Positions 54,143 to 64,000 of a stretch of 64,000 nucleotides of DNA are shown here, piece after piece. Numbering within the stretch: the first letter of the stretch is position 1; every line of letters begins with the position of its first letter. The DNA comes from Eledone cirrhosa (taxonomy: Eukaryota). The notes under the pieces were generated by a model that saw only the letters and a list, made by a program, of their open reading frames with translations, was not told the DNA's origin and did not search any database. The position numbers were made by a program, and so were the translations under genes. The stretch is from positions 254,076,001 to 254,140,000 of the forward strand of contig OZ024742.1 in the NCBI GenBank assembly GCA_964016885.1, given 5' to 3'.

Positions 54143-54217
<75 letters not shown>

Positions 54218-54236
54218 TAGATAGATATATACATAT

Positions 54237-54972
54237 GATCATCATCAGCGTTTAACATCCATTTTTCCCCACTAGCATGGGTTAGATGAGTTGCCCTGTT
54301 GTGGGCAGTGCAAGGTCAGGTGACCATGTCTTGCTGATATAGAACTGATTTTGGCTTCGTTTCTACAGCTGAATGCTCTTTCAATGCCAACCTCAATTTA
54401 CAATGAGTACTGGGCGGTTTTTGTCATGATACCCACACAACCACTTTACAGTGCCAATGGAGTGCTTTTTGTCATGGCACCTACACGACCAATTTATAGT
54501 TTGGACTGGGTGCTTTTTGTTGTGACACCCACACGACCACTTTACAGTGTGGGCTGGGAACTGGATGTAATTTCTACCCATCCCTTTTTTATACAGTGAG
54601 CAAGGCCATTTCTCTTAAACGATCAGGTCCTTGTTTTCTTTTCTACTTACTAGTACTTGAGTCTTTGCCAAGTCTTTTGATTGCAAGTTATGCTTTCAGG
54701 CTCGGAATGTTTTCTTTATTCAGATTCAGCTATGAGAGTTAGATCATCAGCGTATATGAGTTCTCATGGACAACTTCTATTAAACTCTTCAATTATAACT
54801 TGGAGGATGTTAATAAACAGGGGAGAACAGAACCCTGGTTGAACCACACTTGCATCCTAAACTTCTCACTATAATCATTAATTTTAATCTTGCTGACTGC
54901 TCCTTTGTTCATGACTTGTTCTACCCTCAAAAGCCCCTCATCTACCTCTAGTTTCCTTAGCACCCACCAAAT
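54237..54972 (-). mobile_element. Degenerate RTE 3'UTR joined to an RT fragment
   Basis: RTE tail and body at 54237-54560; ELIYADDLTLIAES on the minus strand near 54720-54770. Confidence 0.7.
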
Positions 54973-57584
54973 TAATTATATATATATATATCATCATCAT
55001 CCTTTTATGTCTGTTGTTTCACACTTGCATGTGTTGTATGGACCTTCTCAGGACAGCATCTCTCTACTTGTCGTGACCCTTTTTCATCTCTTCCAAGAGC
55101 TTCAGTGATATGAGATCAGCTCTCACCCTTTCCATACAGGTCTTATTTGGCACTTCTTCACCCAGCAGTCTACTGTAGTTTAATTATAATCGATAGTTAG
55201 TGATCGATAACCGATTACATATATTGATTTTAAATTTCAATCTACAGGATGCAAAATAGCACTAAGGGTCACTGTCGATTCCACTCTGAGAAAATATTCT
55301 TTTCTGTAATATGTATTTAGTATATATACAATATACTGTGTTTTCTCTGGATATATGGTTCTCTCTCTCTCCCTATACATATATCTTCTACATTTGACTT
55401 ATTATTGCTCTAGATAATGTCTATTGAGCTTGTTTATTGAGAAACACATAATTCTAACATATTTAATATGTTACATTTGTATATATATATATATATATTT
55501 CTTGTTGAATAACAGATCTATAATCGAGTTGGGTTCATAACTTTTTTGACTGACCTTGAGCCAATCTTCTGCACAAAGCACGTAACATGTCGATACACAA
55601 TAGAAAATTAAATACACATAAAGGAAACATCATTGTTTTTCTTCTTCCAGCACATCTCCCTTACCATCCTCCGGGGATACGCCTTCTCCATCCAGTCTGC
55701 CGGGGCTGTGGGGATGCCAACACGTGGTAGCCACTTTGCTCACCATACGGATGAATAGGCAAAGTTATAAACTATTGTAAATGAACCTATTTTAAATATA
55801 TATATATATATATTGCTACCAAAGAGAGGCAGATGCTATATAATAATGATGACAATGATGCTGATATACTCCCTAACAGATGGGCTTCTCCATTGTGTGA
55901 AAAAGAGGGGATGGGCAAAAAAGATATTGTGTGTGAGTGAGACAGAGAGAGAGAGAAGGTAAGTGGGAGGTAGCACATATACAGAAGGGGGACGTGATAA
56001 TAGCTCACTATTAAATCACTTGTGAGCCATTAGGAAATGTCGATCCAGTTATAATAGAATTGAAGCACTTCTAAAAAGATTAGATTCCTAGATAACTGAT
56101 ATAAAGAAACCATCAATGGTTAAAAGTTGCTGATGCTTTTTGATAGTGGCTACAATGGCAATGTGATCTTAAATGTATATGACAAGATGTTGAAAATGTT
56201 AGGTTTGATAACATTGAGATGAGGTCATCCTCCTTTCTGAAACTATATCCAAAACAGAACACATTGTCTTCACAACAACAATAAAAACAATATCAACAAT
56301 TTATAGTTTCTGATCAGGTAATTCCTAACATCTGGGATATGACCTGTAGCAATACTTTCTCTAGCAGAAACCTGGTGAATTCAGCAACAAACCCTAATGT
56401 TATTGCCCAACAGACTGAAGATCACAAGTCATTGATGTACCAATCACTTTCTGACAAATCTATCAGTGAACCTATCATGGTTGAAACTTCTGGTAGTCAG
56501 GGTCCACAAACCCTTCTCCTACTTACTACTATCAGGTTGAAGTTAGCCATCCATGAGCTGGACTGGCTTTTTCACTGCATATCCCTCACTACCCTCCAGG
56601 GTAATGCCTTTGCAAGTCTATCTGCTGGGACAATGAAGCAACATTCACAAAAGAGAATGGCAGCCTTTCATTGGTTAATTTGAGCTGTTACCATTATTAC
56701 TAACATTAAAACATCATCCAATACAATTTCCTTTAATTTCATATCTGTTATATTTTGAAATATCTCAAATGTGTAAATTATGAAACAGCCATGACAATTT
56801 GAGTAATAGAATATAATATTTTTTCGAAAACAAAACAGAAAAAATTGAATAATGTTCATTATGTTATCAATAATGAATGATATGTGTCGTCATTTTATGA
56901 GTATATTATGTCAGTGATAATGATGTGCCATCATTTTATAAGTACATTATGTCATCATTTTATGAGTTTAATATGTCACCAATAATGACGTCTCATCATT
57001 TTATGAGTAAATCAATCCTTAATTCAAAACAATCAAATACTAAAGTGCATTTGAGAAAAGAAAGTTTAACAAAAGCCATTTCAAAGAAAGAAAATAAACA
57101 AAAAACAATTACAAATGTAAAAAACATTTCATTTCTCACATAGCTCATATTTTACTGTAAATCACATGTCATTGTACATTTTAAATGCTTGTATTAATAT
57201 AAACATTTTTACAAATTACTCTCAAATCACACTCCACTGACTTTTACCTCTTATATCCAATAAAAATTTAGTAGAAAATATTTTAATGGGTTTGTTAATT
57301 CAATAGTATCTAGTATCTTTACTAGTGGACACGTTATTGTGAAAATGAGCACTATTAACTTTGAATATCCTGTAATAGTTTAGTAGAAAATATTTAAAAA
57401 TGGGTTTCTTGATGAAAAAGTATTTAGTATCTTTAGTAGTGGACAGAATGTGATAAAAATTTGCAGTAAACTAAAGTAAAGATTTAAATTTTTAATGTGA
57501 TGCAGTAATAGTGTTGTTTTCTATTTTAAAAATGTTTCGTTAATGCTATTTCATGCAGTACAAGGCAGTAAGGTTAATAATAGT

Positions 57585-59035
57585 GAAGCCATACTCCTAG
57601 TGGACATAACAGCCGAGTCCGTTGCCCGAGCTTTCATTTCCAATTGGGTTGCTCGTTTTGGTGTTCCTTCTAAAATAACCACGGATCGCGGACGACAGTT
57701 CGAAGCTTCCTTATTTCGTAAAATATCATGACGTTTGGGTGCTCATCACATTCATATAACCAGCTATCACCCAGCCTCCAACGGAATGGTGGAGAGGTTT
57801 CACAGACAGTTGAAAGCTGCACTCCGCACTACTCCTGATCCGCAACGTTGGACCGAATTTTTACCAATCGTGCTTCTCAGTTGTCGTTCTGCCGTTAAGA
57901 CAAATTTGGGTTTCTCCTCAGCTGAACTTCTTTACGGTACCACCTTCAGTCTTCCCAGTCAAATGCTAGCACCAGTTGATTCATCGCATCTTGATCCAAC
58001 ATCCTATGTCACCAGGATTCGTTCTTACTTCTCGGATCTTCCACCAATGAACCCTCATGACCAGTCTATTTCTTCTACTGTTCCATCGGATATCTCTACG
58101 TGGACACACATTTTTATACGGAATGATTCCGTCAAGGGACCGCTTCAGTCACCCTATAATGGACCTTTTTGTGTGCTTTCGCACACACCTAAACATTTCA
58201 CAGTGGCTGTCAATGGTCGAAAAGAGACAATATCCATTGACAGAGCAAAGAGGCCTTTCTCTGAAAGTCTCATTACGATGCCTGATACACCTTGTACATT
58301 CACTACCACACCAACACCTTCACCTCCACTGCAAACACCACATACCACACAACCTTATGTCATACGAGGTGGCAGGACAGTAAAATGGCCACGTAAACTC
58401 TCAAAAACCATATACATTTAACGCCTAGTGGCATTAACAAACTCTTTTTTCAGTTTCAGATAGAATTAGTGTCAGAAAAGTCTGTACACTGGTGATGTAT
58501 GAACTATTTGATTTTGAAGAAACTTTGAACTTACCATTGAGCATTAATTTTTCTCTGCTCCTTTATGTTAATTTTGAATTATCAGTTTTGTTACATTTAC
58601 ATTTTTTCTTTGTAAAATGCATTTCCTTGTTTTGTGATTTTTTGCTATTTGCTTCAGTTGCAAGCTCACTTTCTTGTACCTTTGCTTTGCTACTCATTTC
58701 TTACGGGTTCTCGCTACAGTGACCTTCGGTTGGTTATTCGACTTCTCGTCTGAGAGGGGAGTCTTGTAGCGCTCCCTAGACAAAGGGAAGTAGCCAGAGT
58801 TACTTCCCATAGAATTTCTAGAATATTCCTTGAACTTCCATTCCGGAGATTATAAAAGAAAGAGCAAAGGACAATCTATCTCTCTTCTTTACCAGCTGGC
58901 TCTAGAACTGACCACACCAAGCACAGATGCTAAGCTCTTTTCTAATCCTATCTTATATCTCAGGATTACACCACATCATGGCACGAGGTACGTTTTACTA
59001 CCAAAATTGTAACAAGCACACTTCAATAAATATAA
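57585..59035 (+). mobile_element. Second Gypsy element: integrase fragment, PPT and partial LTR
   Basis: [43 protein letters not shown]; PPT GAGAGGGGGAG followed by TGTAG at ~58765. Confidence 0.85.
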
Positions 59036-60312
59036 GTCGTTATTGATACTCGTTTCTGAAATATTTTTCATGCTTCAATTATTTCTTTTACATCTTCTAA
59101 ACAAATTAAATTAGTGGTCGGCATGTAGTGGTATTTACTGGAGTGGATAACCCTATGGCCAATTCACTAAAATAGTAACTTTCAATATTATGCTCCTTGA
59201 TCCAGTATGGCCTAGGTCTTAATGGCTTGAAGGGGAGAAATATGGTTATATGAAAGAGAATGTACCTTCGTTTGTTACAAAAATGAATGTTCCAGCTGTT
59301 TGAGCAACAGAAAGGGTTGCTCATAAAATTAACATGCAGGTGGCTCAGCATTTTACAGACTTGTGTATCCTTAATGCAATTTTCAGGATGATTCAGCATG
59401 ATAGAGTGTGAAATTACATATGTAACTCACTTTTGCTAGCTGAGTGTGTGGAGCAACATGCAATAGAGAATGTTTCTCAAGGACTTAAGGCATGGCTGGG
59501 AATAAAATTCATGACCTTATGATAGTGAGCCAAACACTTTAACTATCAAGCCAGATGATTTCCCTCATAAATATGTATGATAAAAAGGAAAAATAAAGTT
59601 CTCCTTTACAGGACTTGAATTCTCAACTTGAATTGCCAAAGAAATATGTGTATAACACTTATAATAAACAGTTCCCCTGACATATAATCAATGACCAAAG
59701 ATTGTACAGTAAGTTTGTTACCATGACTGATGTCATTAGATGGAGATGCACTATTCAGGACATTGCTGGAGAAAGCTAAGCAAGAACTCATTTGTTATAT
59801 ATACTTTTATGGATATGCATGTGTCAGCTATCCAGTAAAAAGTTTCATTGACCAGCTATGTACAGCCACAGATGTTATTAGAGGTAAATGTATGAGTTTC
59901 AGAAGATATTGCTTCTGAAAGTTAAACAAAAGCATATTAGTGATATACTACTGTGGACACCACTACATGGATATACATTGACTGGTTCTATATGGCTATA
60001 GGATGTTGCTTTGCAGAGCTTGTAAATGCTATGCAAGATTCATGGTAGACTTTGTAAATGGTAGTGCTGGTGCCATGATAAAATGCACCCAGTACAGCCT
60101 ATGAAATGGTTGATGTTAGGAGGGGCATTCTGTCAGAAAGCATGACAAATATGGAAGTTATGAGCAAAATCAGGTCTCTTTCATCCATCCAACCCATCCC
60201 AACATGGAAAGCAGACACAAATTGATGAATGATGATGAAATTAAATGCAGATAGTTCGTTTGTTTTCTATATTTGGCAGTTATTTACTGTAAGGGTAACA
60301 AATAATGATTAA

Positions 60313-60513
60313 CCCTTTAGCATTTACATTACTCTATATTTACTATTATATTTTCATGGTAAAGGTTTAATCTCACATAACAAATCTATAAGATTTTGTT
60401 GTTATTTATTTTGAAAACAATACCTTAACATCTGTATGAGTGGCCGGTAATGGCCAGTTTGAACAGAGGCAAGAGAATTCTGGCCAGATATGACCGGTTT
60501 AAATGCTAAAGGG
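60313..60513. mobile_element. piggyBac-type MITE (same family as 31304-31495)
   Basis: TTAA|CCCTTTAGCATTT ... AAATGCTAAAGGG|TTAA. Confidence 0.85.
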
Positions 60514-60594
60514 TTAAAACAAAATTCTGAATCCAATAATACAATCAATAAAACAATATCATTTTAAGAGATTTTTAGTGAAAGTGTCAACATT

Positions 60595-61165
60595 ATCACT
60601 ATCATCATTTTGCATCTGTTTTGCATGTGTTCGATGGGTCTTTTCCAGCACAGCATACATCCACTCATCACAGTACTTTGTCATTTCCTCTGTGAGCTTC
60701 AGTGATTTGAAATCAGCTCCCACAGGTCTTCTTTGGCCTCCCTCTATTTTAGCCCCTTCCACTGGGATTTTGTAGCAATTCTTCATGCAACAATCATCAT
60801 CCATGTGCATCACATGTCTATACCAGCACATTTTTCTAGCCTGAACACTACATTGATGCCTCTTATATCCAGGTTTTCTTTCAGTTCATACATGCTTTAT
60901 CATTCAAAGATGCCATCATTACACATCAATCAAAATATGCTCCTTTTACTTCTCTCCAGCCTCCACATATCCTCTCTTTTTACAACCTATGTCTCACTGC
61001 TATGCAACATCACATTTCACTAACAGACATCATATAATCTACTCTTCACTTGAAAAGAAAATAATTTTGTTGTCAAAAGAGGTATCAGCTCCCTGACAAT
61101 TTTCTATCTGCTATGCTCTGAGAATAAGCTCCTCCACTGCTAATTAGGTCACTTGAATAGCAGAA
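60595..61165 (-). pseudogene. Degenerate RTE 3' fragment
   Basis: WYRHVMHMDDD..IPVEG..LKLTEEMTK..AVLEKT. Confidence 0.7.
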
Positions 61166-61365
61166 GGGCTGTTATATATTGAAAACTATCTACAGAGAGA
61201 TATTAATGAGTTGCTAGCATGTGGAAAACTTAACTAGCAATAGTTACAGGGTTGATAACACGTATGGTTTTCTTTGTTGTTATTTGGCAAGAATAAACAT
61301 AATCCAATAAATATAATAACATGAGGTTCATTTTTAAATGATTACTTACCAATGTAAAGTTCTTT

Positions 61366-61430
<65 letters not shown>

Positions 61431-61694
61431 CTGTTCAAATAATAAAAATATATATTTATAATCTGTTCACATAATGTATATATATATAGATATGTGTAGA
61501 CACACACACATATATATATATTCATATATAAATATTTTCACAAAAGGAAATTTTGTGCATAATACAGTTCACTATAAAAGGTATAACAGCTTCAAGACAT
61601 TAAAAATGACTTATATTGGAGAGAAAAACAATAGAAGCAAACGTGAATTAATATAGATAAATGAATCCTTAAGAAATACTTTATATAAACATAT

Positions 61695-62045
61695 AGGTGA
61701 AGGAATAGCAGTGTGGTTAAGGTGTTTGCTTTTAATAGCATGGTTCTTAGTTCAGAGCAAGTTGTCTTCTACTATTACCTCAGTTTGCCAATGTCTTGGG
61801 AGTGGAATTTGGTAGATGGAAACTGCAGAAGTTTGTCATATATGTGTGTTTCTGTGTGTTCCTGTGTCTATGTTTGCATTTATATCTGAGTTTATATCCT
61901 ATATGTAACTCTGCAGCTTGACAAAAAGAGAAGGATAAAAAATGTACCAGACTTGAAAAGAATTATACTAGGATGAATATGAGCAGCTTAACCAAGGCAG
62001 TGCCCCATCATGGCCACAGTCAAATGACAAAACCATGAAAGAATA
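61695..62045 (+). mobile_element. Degenerate tRNA-derived SINE
   Basis: TAGCAGTGTGGTTAAG head; GTGGAATTTGGTAGATGGAAACTG body similar to 19540-19570. Confidence 0.5.
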
Positions 62046-62276
62046 AAAGGATATGTCAGCAAAATAATGCTGTGATAAATTTTAGATATTTTATTTAGAT
62101 TTAATTTCATATAACCATAGTGTTGATGCTATTGCTATCATATTTCAACAGGATTCTTTAACAGCCTTGAGTGGAATATATAAATATATATCTATATTTA
62201 TTTCTCTGTATTAGGCTTTATCTCTCTATTTCTCTCTGACATTTTCTACTTCCATCTTCTTTCATATACATATATA

Positions 62277-62369
<93 letters not shown>

Positions 62370-62540
62370 ATATATATATTGTACTTTATATAAATTCTTT
62401 GAATGCTCCATACAAATGAACATACACAGACTCGCATACACATATTCACATATAAATATTCAATTATATTCATATATTTATCTATTTATGTGTGTATATA
62501 TATGTGTGCATGTATATATGTAAAGAAAGAATAGACAGAC

Positions 62541-62593
<53 letters not shown>

Positions 62594-62912
62594 GCACTTA
62601 TAAATTTGTATATAAGGATTGTATACACTCAGAAATAAATACACTTAAAATATATGTATATGCCTACACACACATAATATATATATGTTATACATAGAAT
62701 AGAAGTAACTGAGGCTGCATACATATTTATATAAATTTATACATTGAGTGTTTACACTTGTAAACATGCCAAATGTATGTATTTCCCTGTAAATTGAAAA
62801 AAATGATAAATACCTTTAACTGGTTTTTAAGCCTAGATGTTATACATGCCTCAGAAGGTATGTATAACATCTAATCAACAACAAAGAAATACTTAATTAA
62901 GGGACTTATATA

Positions 62913-63208
62913 CAGAGGTGTGACTAGGGTATGGCAAGCACGGCATGTGTCATGGGCTCCACATGAAGGGGGCGCCACTTGGACTAGGAGCACGTTCTAT
63001 TAAAGTCAAATAAGCCTCGTCGGAGAGGGAAAAAGACACTCCTTCAGATGTATGATCTGTCTCTGATTATCATGGGTGAGAACACTATGGTGGTTTGATC
63101 ATTAAACCATATATATAAATTATTAGGCCCATAGGTAAAAATAAAGTGCTGGGCAGGGGCGCAATTACACTGCTTGCCATAGGAGCTGTTTTGCTAGACA
63201 TGCCTCTG
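62913..63208. mobile_element. hAT-type MITE
   Basis: Imperfect TIRs CAGAGGTGTGACTAG / CTAGACATGCCTCTG with 8-bp target duplication CTTATATA / CTTATATG. Confidence 0.75.
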
Positions 63209-63509
63209 CTTATATGCCTTGTCACATCCAGTAGTGTCCTGAAATGGATGTACTACTTTGCATATTATTAGTGCTCACATTGGTAGTTAATTAAGATATA
63301 TATTAAGTTATGCACGAAGCAGCCAAAATGTATGATACATTTATATTGGTATATATATACAGAACAGATGAAATGGAGACGGCATAAATGTGTTTATAAA
63401 TTTACATGTAAAGACATGTATAGCCATGCAAACATGCCAGATATAGATCCAGTGAAATACTTTAATCAGGGGTAAAAAACACCGAACTAAAAACAAAATA
63501 CATAAATAA

Positions 63510-63566
<57 letters not shown>

Positions 63567-64000
63567 TTTTCTTTATTAACCACAAGGGTTTACATAAAGT
63601 AGACATTAAGGACAGTACAGGACAATACAGGACGGTACAAATGGGCATTTCTGCGTGTAAAAAAAACAGAGGTTGAAATAAAATAACAAAGAAAAATTCC
63701 CCAATAGGGGGGAGACTTCCGAGGGACATTTGTGGAGAAAGCCCATTAAAAGACCACAGTGACCCTGACCACCAGGGCAAGTGCCCTCTCCCAGTTTTCC
63801 ACCTTTAATTTACAGACATATACTCAGAGTAGGCCCATTCACTCGGGCCATACTTGCTTCTCTCACCCATCTTTCAACAAAATGCTGGGAAGAGAGCACT
63901 TCCCTCTCTACCCTGATTTTCCTTTTCAAATGAAATTTGAAAAAGTTAATCAGGGCATTACCGAAGAGGTAAGTGCTCGTCTTCAGCCCTTTCAAACGTG
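63510..64000 (-). mobile_element. Tx1/L1-like LINE 3' end with (TTA)n tail (runs off the window)
   Basis: ORF end ..FFKFHLKRKIRVEREVLSSQHFVERW.. stop at 63810, 3'UTR, tandem TTA tail at 63510-63563. Confidence 0.6.

Noticed and set aside
59590-60010. Apparent exon (TTTACAG...GTAAGT)
   Set aside because: Translations resemble a decayed RTE C-terminus (SFIDQLC, ILLWTPLHG) and contain stops.
62833-62872. Small hairpin TAGATGTTATACAT..ATGTATAACATCTA
   Set aside because: Too short and isolated to assign any function.

Overview
This is AT-rich eukaryotic DNA made almost entirely of transposable elements and (TA)n/(TATG)n microsatellites. The repeat repertoire suggests a mollusc, probably a cephalopod (inference). 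No confident host gene was found. Contents: (1) A near-intact Naiad-type Penelope-like element (4743-12382, minus strand) with ~2.6-kb direct pseudo-LTRs, each ending in a hammerhead ribozyme motif. Its ORF has a homopolymer frameshift near the likely true start and an in-frame TGA exactly at a conserved CxxC cysteine. (2) Fragments of two other Penelope-like clades and several degenerate hammerhead-like inverted repeats. (3) At least three RTE-clade LINE families carrying a PHD-like finger inside the RT, plus tRNA-derived SINEs sharing their 3' parts. (4) R4/Dong-like and Tx1/L1-like LINE fragments. (5) A full-length decayed Gypsy LTR element, a second Gypsy fragment and a probable solo LTR. 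(6) A DD37D (maT) transposon, a mariner remnant, a non-autonomous Helitron, and piggyBac-type and hAT-type MITEs. A recurring oddity is a set of fold-back (inverted) duplications centred on (TA)n tracts. All calls come from motif recognition by eye; boundaries of degenerate elements are approximate.
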